A stretch of 63,893 nucleotides of DNA, filler included, from Gonapodya sp. JEL0774 (Eukaryota): NCBI GenBank assembly GCA_027604505.1. It is 23 parts of 23 records of this genome, joined end to end, with 100 filler letters (N's around TTAATTAATTAA, not from the genome) between each part and the next. Parts side by side here need not be neighbours in the genome. Positions count along the whole stretch, not along the records: positions 36,256 to 38,933 come from JADIIX010001755.1; positions 39,034 to 41,710 come from JADIIX010001756.1; positions 41,811 to 44,486 come from JADIIX010001757.1; positions 44,587 to 47,262 come from JADIIX010001758.1; positions 47,363 to 50,038 come from JADIIX010001759.1; 18 more parts are not named here. One strand, given 5' to 3'. Position 1 is the stretch's first letter; each line of letters begins with the position of its first letter. The notes under the pieces are model-generated. The model saw only the letters and a program-made list of their open reading frames with translations. It was not told the DNA's origin and did not search any database. Made by a program: the position numbers and the translations under genes. Below, one piece after another: positions 38,288 through 50,138 of this stretch.

Positions 38288-39968
38288 CCATAGGAACTTC
38301 ACACAAAGTGAAAGGAAATGTTCCAGAAATGGTAGATGAAACATTTGCCGAGGGTGCAGCAGGGAGAACAATTGACGCTCTTTGGACCAAGACGTCCATA
38401 GGGCGTCCAACTTATGTGTCAAGGAGGGTTGTTGCCGATGTGCTCGTGATTGAGACGGAGTTTGAGATATCCCAACCTCTCAGTGAGGTGGCGACACTTG
38501 ACCCTGCAAGGATAATGTCAGTGTCGACTCGAATGCTTCCCAAGAAAATGGCATCACCTGCAACTTTCAGTGCTCCAGAAGAAGAATATAAGCTTTCCAA
38601 AGTGGTTGTGATAGTGACCCATTCTGTTTGGAGATCGCGTGTACAAATCCATTTGTGCAACCTGTACATTTTTACCCCAGGCACCAAACAATAAAAACAT
38701 ATGTTACGCTTTATGATTCTGGACTGTCGATCCATTGATCCATTGGTCGTGTTATTGATCCACCAATCAGTTCCTTGCATTACTCGGATCAACTATTTAC
38801 TTTTTGTTGATGGATGCAAGATCAGTGCATTACAGCTGTTTGCAAAATGGTTGACTGGAGCCGCGTGTATAAGCCGAAACCCAAAAATACAAAATCCATT
38901 TTCTTCACTTCCCGCCGCTTGTTTTCAATTCTGNNNNNNNNNNNNNNNNNNNNNNNNNNNNNNNNNNNNNNNNNNNNTTAATTAATTAANNNNNNNNNNN
39001 NNNNNNNNNNNNNNNNNNNNNNNNNNNNNNNNNCATTTCCCCCTTCACGAGCCTTTGTGTCCTGGATCTCACGGCACAGAAAACCGGCGGTGTTGTACCA
39101 GATGATAAAGTAAAAGCAGCGGTGGACATTTTGATAGCTCAGCGACCAACTCCCCTCCAGCTGTTCTTTAGGTGGCAAGACAGTACCGCTGTGAACGGGG
39201 AACCCGGAGATGTTGTACAGGAAGCTGTACTAGATGGGGAACAAGGAGGTGTTGTACAGGGAAATGAGGACGGGGAACAACCAGCTGTTGGACAGATCAG
39301 ATCAGAAGTTGTTACGATTGGAGGATGTGCACCTATCCGAGACGATCAGCAAGTTTCGTGGAGGGAGTTCTTGTCCGGGCCTTACGTGGCACCCTTTTCA
39401 CGGCGCAGGTGGTGACGAAGCACTGGACGGGAGACTTGTTTTTTATGTTGACAGAATTGGTACATGTTGGACTTGCGTCAGTCGTTACTTATAGGACAGA
39501 GTATTTCAGAACGCCAACCACAGAATTTGTAGGCAGCTAGCGTTGACAAGCAGGGTATTTCACAACGGGAGTTTTTGATGTTGATTTGCGAGTCAAATCG
39601 GAGGCCGGACGGTGCATGCCGTAGTTTTTCTGGCAGTATTGATGTCAGTTTTGTTTTGGTTTTGTACGAGAAAAACCATTCATCACAGTAACAATTCAAT
39701 TCGTCTCGGGATCTAGTTTAAATTCGGGTGATGAAAGACATGGATTCGAATGACCAAACACGCTCAGTATTTACATATATATACGTACAAATTTTACACT
39801 TTTGAATCAGACGGAGGTGATACGTACCACACCTCTTGTTTCCTACTCATACATTACGTTGTACGCCGTCCAATTAATAATCTGTGGTGGATCCCATCAT
39901 TCAGCGAATCGTCCGCACCACCGTCCACCGGGTGTACCCAACGTACACACGCGGTTCAAAGGGCACCG

Positions 39969-41710
39969 TCACACGTTCACCCCATCTCCCGCCACCTCGT
40001 CCGTCTCCTCTTCGTCCATCTCTCCCGCCAGATCCTCCTTTGACCACCCGGCCCTACTCCGCTCCACCATATCCCTCTTGACGCACATTGCCAAGACTCC
40101 CGCCCCGCCCAGCACCGCGGCGAACAGGCCAAACACCCAGTGCTCGAGCTGGCGTTCCACGAGCCACCCGTAGATGGCTCCTACGAGCGGTGGGCACAGG
40201 ATGCCGAACAAATTCTCGACGAGGGCGATGATGGAGAAGAGTTGGGCTTGGTGGGAGGATGGAGTGGCGGAGGAGAGGAGGCCACGGAGGGACGGGGTGA
40301 GGATGGCGAAGGAGGGGCTGTCGATGACGGCACCGACTGGGGAGGCATGGCACGCATGCATTATCACAAAGTTGTCAGATTGGTGATGATGTTCCACAAT
40401 TCCGCAACACACCACCACCCGCGCGCGACACCTACCAGCCAAAAACACCCATCCCTGGCCCGCCCACATGTACACGAGCTGCCCAACCACCAATCCCCAC
40501 ACACCCCACCGTACAAGGACCACGTCGAGTCCCTTGACGTTGCGGAACATTCGCCCGGCGAGGGGGACCAGGACGAGGAGGGAGAGTGCGCGGGAGACGG
40601 AGACGACCGAGGTGTAGACGCCGTCTTCGAGAGCGCGCCAGGAAAAGTGGAGGCGGGTGTAGAGGGGGAAGACTGTGGGAATTGAGAATGAGATGGGGGT
40701 GGGTTCAAAGATGAGCGGCACGGTCTACTGAGCAGGAGAGGATCACGTGGTGTACGTACTGAATTTGGTACCCCTAGTGCACACGAACACCAGGTTACCG
40801 GCGAGGCGATCAAATCACAGAGAGGGTATCAGCAACGTTTTCATTTCCCCCCTCTCACACAGACGATACCCCCCGGACCACCCCCCAACTCACTGAAACT
40901 TGCAAAAGTACAGCACCATCACCGCCGCCATCAAGGTCCTGTCCCCGTTCCTCCCGCACAGGGCCTCCCAGCACGCACGCCGCCGCCTCCAAGTCCAGGG
41001 TTCCTTGCTCGCCGACACTCCATCTGCGGTGGTATCGTCCGAATCGGGGTGGGGTTCAGCCTTTACGGCGACGATGCCAAAAAGGTCGGTCGGGGGGTAG
41101 AGGGACGCCGGTGTTGGGCACAGCTCGTCGGTCGCGTGTGTCGGAGAGAGCAGAATCTCCTTCCTGGTTTGAACGTCCAACCCGCGTGGTGTGTGTGGTA
41201 CCGCCGTCGCTCCTCCACCTCGGCCCGCCGCGTGTGATTCCCTCTCCGACTTGGACTCGGGCAGGAACCACGCGAGCACGGCGAGTACGGCGAGGTCGAC
41301 GAGGGTGGAGAGCCAATAGGGTGCGAGGTTGGAGCGGTAGCCGGCCAAGGAGGACAAGAGGGGCGAGGTGGGGGAGGTGAGGGCCAGGTGGGCGGCGTAT
41401 TGGACGAGGAGGCCGCCGAGGAGGGGCTGGTGGGGGTGGAGTGGAACCGAGGGATGTGGTATGTGAGAGGGGTGGGACGGTGGGGAGTGTGAGTGGACGA
41501 GGTCGTTCCATTCCTCCCATGAGAGTTTCACAAAAGTTGTTGTGTAAGAGCCAGCCAACTCACCCCCACCGCAAACGCCGCCATGAAAATGACTTCCATC
41601 CGTGCGATATTTTGCGTTCTACCCGACGGCGGGGTTGCGTCAGCGAGTGCTGCGTATGCGGACATGGACGCGACGGGGTAGGAGCCCAGACACCCACTGT
41701 GGGTTGACGG
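39969..41710 (-). CDS. MFS transporter (SLC46/TetA-like), C-terminal part
   Basis: Multiple TM helices, WFLPES motif, PSLRGLLSSATPSSHQAQLFSIIALVENL. Confidence 0.82.
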
Positions 41711-43238
41711 NNNNNNNNNNNNNNNNNNNNNNNNNNNNNNNNNNNNNNNNNNNNTTAATTAATTAANNNNNNNNNNNNNNNNNNNNNNNNNNNNNNNNNN
41801 NNNNNNNNNNCGTTTCATCTGTTCACCCGCCCCTGCAATGTTTCGAAATGCGTCGTTTGCAAAATCACGAACAATGAAAAAAAAAAAAAGAACTATTATT
41901 ACTGCATTTTGCTTATTGTTCCGAAGACATAGGCGATGCCTTGCACTTGAAGAAGGGAGGGATCGGGGATCATAATTTTTAATGGGTCTTGCTTTTGGTT
42001 TGCTCTGATTCCATCAGATTTATGCAGGTAATACTGGAGTGAGCTCTTGATATACTGGAAACTTCCATTCGAACCTTACATACCACATTACGTACAGAGT
42101 GGCGCCATGGCCCTTGACGTGCCAACGCATTCAAGCCTCAAGGCGTAGTAGCATGGCTTACACTGCGATGGCAATGCCGATCTGCGTAAATATATCACGC
42201 TTGAATTCTCTGGCCTTCAGTGGACGGCCCGTTTGTGTACCTTCATTGCCTGGTCCGCCTAAATTTGTGTTTTTCCGATGCCGATCATTGGATACGCTGA
42301 CCGTGCCTTTTCAACGTCCAGTCAGGCTTGCGAATGAGCCAAAAGCAGGACCAGCGCATTCTCTCCCTCTTCGTATCTGGTCTAAGCGCGGACCATGATG
42401 GGCGGAGATCGGATGCGCGGGCATCTGTACAGCTGCTCCTCTAAACAACTGCAGCCTCATTGACGACCTTCGAGGATCCGAGCACACAACAACGTGCTGG
42501 AGATTCTGCTGAAGCTGCATGGCACCACATGGTACGTTTCTTGGCTGGAACCGCGGTGAATGCAAACCTCGGTAGCTTCGTTCCCTTCGCAGTTTTCGGA
42601 TTGCCGATGCACAACTTGTTTTTCTCTCTGTCTCTGTATATTCCACAATTCTCAAGATTTCACTACAAACCACATATGTCCAAAGTGAGGGGGGGAAAGG
42701 ATACAAAAACGGACGAAACGGTATTTGTACACCATGAAACCCCAGACAGATTCCAACCAACACACACCCAGATCCACGAGATTCCAAGGCAGTGTGAACG
42801 TCATAGAAACTCTCTTGTCAGAAACTCACGGAAGCATAGTTCTCAGAACGATCCAAAGTCCAACAAAAATCGACAAGACACCGGCTTTTATCAGTATACG
42901 TCCAAATAGAGAGATGCACATTGGTGGCAATGCACCGACGTTTCAAAGAGACCATCTGCGACGGAGCACACAGCTGAAAGGTAGCCGCGCTTTCCGAGAT
43001 GGACCACGGACTGCGAAAACTCCCCGCAGATCCAGGTCCTCCGCCACCACCATAGTCACGAAAAAAACTCATTAAATCATTTCCACCTCTCCCAACCTCA
43101 GTGATCCATTTGGCCCTCGAACGCGGTCCCAGCCCGTGCCGGAGTCCTATCCAATTTGCCTCCCCTGCCAGACGTTGTCTCCTTGATCCCATTACCCATC
43201 CACCCACCGAAACTTTCAATCCACGACACCTGAACTGC

Positions 43239-44486
43239 TCACGCCCCAACACCCACCCGCCTGAATCCTGCCTGCCCGCCACCCCGCGTATCCACACTTC
43301 TCTGCCTCTTCCTCGTCTTGGGTTCCTCCAACATACTGGCCGAACCAGTACCACTACCACCACCACCACGTCCACCTGGCCCATCCCTTTTCGTCTCGCT
43401 CCGCTTGCGCTTATGCCGTGGCTGCTCGCTCGCTGCCGCTACATCATCGCCACCGTACTCCTCCACCGCGTCGTCCCCGTCCGCGTCCTCCCCATCCCCT
43501 TCCCCGTCTCCGTCCGCGTAATCCATTTCCATTTCCTGGACTACCAAGTGCCGCAATCGTTGCCGGAACGTGGCGTCCTCTGAGGCCCGGCGGGTGGCGT
43601 CCAGTGTCGGTGGGTGCCCGACGGGTTGGGGCGGTGGTTGGACGGAGCCGGCGAGGGGCTCGGTGTTGTGAGACGGCCAGATCAGAAAATCAGACGAGAC
43701 TTTTGGTGTTGTTGCAGTTGTGGTCGGCACTGTGAGCGTCGCAGGCGACCGTGGACGTGCAGTTGGAGGTCCCGCAGGGTTGGATGTGGTCGAGTGGTCG
43801 TGCGACACCACATGGTACGATGCAGTCGTGGGCGCACCTATGACCGGTGCGGCGTACCCCGACACCGCATAGGGCACCGAACTGGCGCGCGCGTGTCCGT
43901 GACCGTGACTGTACGGTCCACCACCTCCACCAGACCCCGCGGACCCAGTCATGGCCGCCGACGCCGATGCGGACACGAACGGAGACGGGGCGGTAACGAG
44001 GTAATTGAGGAACTGGGAAAGGTCGGCTGGGGAGGTGGGCGAGGCGGGCGGGGAGGTTGGTGCGGGAAGGGTTTGGGAGGTGAGTGGGAAGGCACCGGTG
44101 GAGAGTTGGCGCGGTGGTTGGGGTGCGAGACTGTGGAACGAATACGGGAGGAGGAACGTAGTCAGGGAAGTGTGAGTGGGATGGCGGGAGATGCAATCGC
44201 GTTGCGACATTGTGGCGTTACTGAAAGAACCATTCACCCCGATCGTCCTTCCAACATGTCCAACCCGCATCAGCACAACCATTCCCCTCACTCGTTTTCT
44301 TGTTACTACGTCACAACTCGCGACTCACTTTGTCTTGCCCACAACCTGGGGCCTTTGATTCCCCACGCGCTCCGCCTGACGTAAAGCATCCCGAACAACC
44401 TCGGCGTTGCGCACGTTTTCTTGCGTGATCCCTCCGTTCCCCATTTCGTCGTCAAGCTGTCCGAGCTGAACTCCACCCGTACCAGC
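43239..44486 (-). CDS. C-terminal part of an unknown, largely disordered protein with NLS-like basic clusters
   Basis: Two exons join in frame (…VVGKT/NLAPQPP…). Contains an acidic tract plus RHKRKR and KTRKRQR. Confidence 0.55.
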
Positions 44487-45033
44487 NNNNNNNNNNNNNN
44501 NNNNNNNNNNNNNNNNNNNNNNNNNNNNNNTTAATTAATTAANNNNNNNNNNNNNNNNNNNNNNNNNNNNNNNNNNNNNNNNNNNNATGTCCCTTAGTGT
44601 TTTGGTCGGGCGTCCCTGCTGGCCGAAGCCCCGACAGCCCGAGCACCTTCCCTCCCCGCAACTGTAGCGTCACCATTTTCATGTATGCAAGTAATATTGC
44701 GTCTTCGTGATATCTCTCCTTCATGGGCGAATTCCCACTGAGCCAAACAGGAACCTTTTAAGAGAAAAATATATGTGAATGGACTCACTTATCTACCACA
44801 CCGCATTATTTATTAAGTCATTATGCCCACGCTCCTCTTGGGGACCGCCCGACTTGAGTGGGTAGGGTGAAGTGTCAGTTTACCGCGTTTGATTCGTGCA
44901 GTCCGGGCACGAACATACGGCCCTCAGATGCCAAAGCGAATGCAAACAAAGAGATTCGGCGTAGAAATGTGTATCTTAATCATCTTAATCGAAATAATAT
45001 CTGATAGTTACTATTTGACTTCAGCATCTCTTT

Positions 45034-45806
45034 CTAACTCTGTCGCGAATACTCTTCAATGAACCAGATCCTCGCTCCATCGTCTACAGTGAATCGGTAC
45101 GTCTGAAATTGAATGTTCTCATACGCTTGTCGAGCAAAAGCTCGTGCTTTTGCGTGCCAAGGCCCTCGCCCACCTGCAGCAGCATCTTCACGATGTCGCC
45201 AGATGCCTGGAATTCATGGCAGGAATTGATGAGCATCTCAGTTCAACGGCCCAATTCGCAAACAACTTAGAACTTACACGTTGCCAGATTCCGCATTTCG
45301 TCATCGCAAGAGCCGAACCAGTACTTCAGAAGCCCTCCACTGGCGCACGCCTCCTCGTGGGATCTCTTATCCAGCATGCTAAGAACATCTGGGTCGCAAT
45401 CCCGCCGCCGCTGAGAGCGAAATGCGACAAGATAGAATTCGTGCCTTTGCCAGTGTAATCCGACGCGGGAGCAGAGCGTGCGTAGTGTTGCGAAGACAGT
45501 CGGCCAGTTAAAGGACTCCAGATAGGGCGCAGTGGAATAATCGGGACGAATGGGTTGCATCACCGTTAGAGCGATGGCAAACAGTCGGAGCGGAAGGGTC
45601 AGGTCAGTTAGGAGCAATTGGTTTGCTAGGTCATTGTAGGGTGAGCTGACAAGGTGCTGGGCGTCGAGGTTGAATGGAAGAAGCGCCTGCTCCTCAAGGA
45701 CTTCTGGCTGACGATTCTCTATCGGTGAGGTCTCTGATAAAGACCTCACGGGGTCGGTTATGAGCGGTAGCCGTAATGGAATTTGGCGCAGTGTTGCGGT
45801 GGACAT
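45034..45806 (-). CDS. UPF0643-like fungal protein
   Basis: FYLVAFRSQ...LDKRSHEEACASGGLLKYWFG...RNLATC/LWRHREDAAAGGRGPWH. Confidence 0.78.
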
Positions 45807-46467
45807 TGTGCGATCACAGGAATCCTCGGTCTAAGCTTGAGCGAGTGCGGATGGATGGAACTCTTCTTATGGAAAGTCATTTTGTACGTGTAATATGGCC
45901 CTATATGGTGCAAATGAACGCAATCTCCAGACTCTGATTGCGTCATAAACGAGGAGTCCATTCGCAATAATCGGGCCTCCCGCCAGGGTTCATGAAGGGG
46001 TGTGCTTGTTCCATCCCCAGTGAACAACCATTACTGTAATAATACTTCAGACAGGAATAGCAAATGAATTCTGGTAGATATACCAGAAAATCTATGCTTT
46101 CCGGCAGTACCGCCGGACGTCACGTACTCCGTCTTCTGTGTGCTGGCCCCGGGCGGGACACAACGGCTCATAACATAGAATCTCTTGTGCACTGTTCAGT
46201 CAAAATTACCTTTTTGGGCGAGCTTACTGAGGATCCCATGTCCCTATGTCGGTCGGTACTGGCGGAAGCTAAGTATGTACTGTGGTTCTGTGCTCATGGA
46301 CCAAACAGTGACCAAACGTACTGATCCTTCTTTACTCTTGGAGACTTTCGCCCGAAACAGCCTTCTTGCGTACCCACCAGGTCTATTCGTTTTTGATAGT
46401 AGTCCTGCTGCAATCAAGTACCGAAACTCAATCAAGTACATAAAATTCTTCCAGCTGCAGCGTCGCA

Positions 46468-47262
46468 ATGGCAAAGGGGATAGATAATGATCGGGTGAGT
46501 GTACTTTTGTATTCATATTCAGAACTTCTTTCGTTTATGATGACAGATCTCAATATCGTTCATTCCCGCCATGATGTTCCATGATTCTGCTCTGTATGAA
46601 AGCCCGAGTGGATCATCGACACGGATGCGGGAGTAGACGACGCGAGTACGGAAAATCTTATCTCCTTTGGATCCTGTGATGTATGTCCCCTCTTATCGGA
46701 GGCCGTCTTCCCTCTTTAGTCGCGATACTCGCAGCTTTGCACCCACGAACTACCCTGTTGCCAAACCCGCCTGTCATCCGTGCCATCACTTGCGTAGACG
46801 GAAATGTGACACTTCCTCAAGCCGTTGCAAATGCAAAAACACTTGTGGAGCTTTCACGCAGGCGCTGGGCTGAAATTGGTGGTACGGAGCTCCGGACCGA
46901 TGTTGCCAACCCACTCCCAAAAGTATATGGAGGCTGCGATAGGCCAATTCTGGCGGGCATGCATAGCGATGAGCGCTGGGAAGGACATGGGAAAGATGGA
47001 TTGGGAAACATTTCTTACCGGCCGGAGAGTAGTCACGACGCGGTTTCCGAAGAAGCCGCGCATCATGGTTTCCAGGAGCTAGTTGAGACCGCACAGCAGA
47101 ATATCAGCGTGGAGAAGGAGCATGCTAGTGTGGCGATGGCGCGAATTGCGGCGGAAAGACCTGGGACTCTGACAGTAGTGGCAACAGGTCCTCTGACGTG
47201 AGTTTTGGATGGTTTCGCTGAAAAGGAACTCCTGCACTAATATCAACGCCTTCTGTAACTCA
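46468..47262 (+). CDS. Inosine/uridine-preferring nucleoside hydrolase, 5' part
   Basis: WIIDTDAGVDDA, AITCVDGNV, HGKDGLGN, EHAS, VATGPLT. Confidence 0.92.
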
Positions 47263-47362
47263 NNNNNNNNNNNNNNNNNNNNNNNNNNNNNNNNNNNNNN
47301 NNNNNNTTAATTAATTAANNNNNNNNNNNNNNNNNNNNNNNNNNNNNNNNNNNNNNNNNNNN

Positions 47363-48185
47363 GTATTTAGCCTTCCGCTTCTCCCAATTCAAGTCTGACG
47401 TGTCTAGTCCGACATTGTACATCCCACCTGAGGAAACAGAAACGACCCGGCCGGGCTGTTCGGGAGAGGAGCGAGTGAGGTAGGGCAGCATCAGATTGGT
47501 GAGGGCGTAGGTTGCAAGAGAGTTAACTGCAAATGTTGTTTCGAGGCCGTCGGAATTGGTCTCGTATGCAGGAGGGAGGAGGCCCGCATTGTTGACCTTA
47601 TTTTTGAATCGTCGGTATCGCGATGAAGGTGACAAACCAAGGGGCTCTACTATGGGGTGTCAGGCTCACCAGCACATTGATACCACTTCCACCTGCCTGC
47701 TTCCATTCCTCCGCGAACTTCAGGAGCTCTCCTGGTCTCCCCACATCCACGACATGTAGAAATACGTTCTCGTTGCCGGTAGTCTTCTTCACTTCTTCGA
47801 GCGCCTTTTCACCCCGACCTTTGTCTCTGCACAGCATGTGCACCGTCGCCTTTCGAGCAGACAGTGCCTCTGCAGTAATGCGGCCCAGTCCAGCATTAGC
47901 GCCTGAAGTGGCCGGAGGTTTTGGTGTCTGAATTGCTGCCTGCAGGTACAAAATCCACAATCAATTTACCTGTCACGATCGCCACCTTTCCACTCAGATC
48001 AACATCCAACGCCCCTGGAGTGAAGTTCTTCGCGTTTCGCTCATATCCTGCTTTCGCAAACTCGTATACACCCCAGACTGGATATTTGAAGGTCTCATCA
48101 ATCAACTCGGACGGGGTTATGGTTCATGAACGCAATGGAAAGAACTCTTACCGCTAAATAAAGTTGTCCGAACGATTGAGGCCAT
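47363..48185 (-). CDS. Short-chain dehydrogenase/reductase, DHRS12-like, 5' part
   Basis: GYERNAKNF...DLSGKVAIVTG/ANAGLG, VHMLCRD, VNNAG, RVVSVSSGGMY. Confidence 0.9.
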
Positions 48186-48480
48186 TGTCCAGTTCAAGAT
48201 CCGTTCAGAGTTCTTAAATATGAAGCGGGTATTAGGAAAATTGCCGAGTGATTTCGCATCGTTATGCGTTCAGATTCGAATTCACCCAGATTGAACGAGG
48301 AATGCGCACAATTCTGAGGCGGAATTACAGTAAGCTCGGAAAGTAAGTGATTTCCCGAAGAGAAGAGACGTGATTGAACAGGATGATCGGATACCCGTGA
48401 TACAAAGATATGGCACTAGTCGATACATGGAAAACTACAACACGTTCCACTCTTACAGCAATCACACAAACCAAACAGGC

Positions 48481-49958
48481 ATGGCGGGAGGCACGGACAA
48501 GGTGTGCTACTCCCACTAGACCTGTTGATTTCTCCACATTCTGAATATCTGGCAAGGGAGCACTGACCAATTCCTGAATCATTTTTACAATGTAGTTCAT
48601 TCAGAGACTACAGAAGAGCGTGGAAGAGAAAAACTACTATGAAGCGCATCAGATGTACCTCTCAGTGTCTCAACGGTAAGCAAAGCCATGGTTGAATCTT
48701 CAAGTTAGGTGGAGTTGATGCAATCTTGAGAACGTTTCCGTTTGTGAAGGCACATCAAATCAAGTGAGTTTTTAATCCGTTCTCATCCGTCAGCTGAACG
48801 TGCCTCATCCTATCTCAAATCAGAAAAGTTCCTAGAAGCTCAGCAACTCCTGCAATCCGGCATCACCAATTTCGCTTTGCACTCGCAACATGGTTCCGCT
48901 CAATCCCTTCTGACAGCTCTTCTCGAAGTTTGGGACCACGCTGGTGGAGGTGCTACTGAGGACCGCGTTGCCATGCTGGTCGAACTGTCCGAGGGATTCC
49001 CTCTGGGGACAAAGGAAGGGTGGGGCGAGCAGGTTGTAAGATCGGTGGTTCGATGGACGTCTAAGAATGGATCAGACCCACACGGGGATCCTGTGTTCCA
49101 CCATGCTACTGGCATGAGATTCTACAAAGGTGCGAGTGCAAGAAACCGGCCACGTAGCTGGTTCCCCAACTACTCTACTGACAGCGGTTCTCGTGCTGGG
49201 CTTAGCAAAGCTTTACTACGACGCCGAGCATCACCTCGTCCTTGGAACCTCAGACAGTGCCAAAATTTCCGCCCTCATGGCCTGGACCTGGAGCACCGAG
49301 GTTGGGGTTCAAGCTGCCGAATTGGGCTATTTTGAAATTCGAAACGTTTTTCAGTGAGTCCGGTGTCATGTTCAAAGAGTTGTCATTGAAGTCAATGGAG
49401 GAATAAAAATGACCGCTCCGTTCCGTCGCAGATACATCCTCCTCCAGCGCCTTCGATATGCTCAAATCTCCCTTTCCTCGTACATCTCTCTCCTCGCCCA
49501 ACACCGCCCCTCTTCACTTGTCGCCGTTCCTGCTAGTTTGTCTTTACCTTCACTTCCGGGTGAATTCCAATTCACCCTCACAGCTCACCCACTTCTCAAC
49601 ATGGCCCAACTCGTGTACTTTACAGTCCAGAGACGAGCGGGCGACATGTATCAGGAGCTGAGGAAGAGTTACAAAACTGGTCAAGGCGGAGATCCGTGGG
49701 TAGAGAAGGTGAGGTGCCTATTTCGACCAGACGGAATTTCATATTTTCAGTGCTGATCGAAATTTTCATCCCCAGCTCTTGGATAAAATCGGCGAGTTCT
49801 ACTTCGGCATCGGCGTCTCCCGGCAACCCAACCTTCTCAACATGCTGTTCGGTGGAAACGCTGCTCCAGGCGGGGGTCGTGGAGCCGGTTCAGCTGGTCC
49901 GCCGAGGTTGGGTGGGCCGGCCGCCAAGAGAAGCGTGCAGGAAGCGGAATTGGATTAA
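48481..49958 (+). CDS. GET4: Golgi-to-ER traffic protein 4, complete multi-exon gene
   Basis: NYYEAHQMY, HGDPVFHH, AEHHLVLG, HPLLN, LDKIGEFYFGI...NLLNMLFGG. Confidence 0.92.
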
Positions 49959-50138
49959 AAAAGGATTGATGAAAAGTTTCGCTTGGCCTGTAGATGGACG
50001 TTGTTTACAATGTATCCGTCCCAGTAAGCAACTAACAANNNNNNNNNNNNNNNNNNNNNNNNNNNNNNNNNNNNNNNNNNNNTTAATTAATTAANNNNNN
50101 NNNNNNNNNNNNNNNNNNNNNNNNNNNNNNNNNNNNNN

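Noticed and set aside
38288..38933. ORF-like sequence beyond the copia LTR
   Set aside because: It contains an in-frame stop and no recognisable domain, so it cannot be called.
42915..42980. WWQC..SKRP / ICDGAH resembling a CDGSH iron-sulfur motif
   Set aside because: It needs a frameshift, is flanked by stops and has no supporting gene structure, so it is probably chance.
46495..46601. ATGATGA C-box in the nucleoside hydrolase intron as a C/D snoRNA
   Set aside because: There is no downstream CTGA D box or terminal stem.
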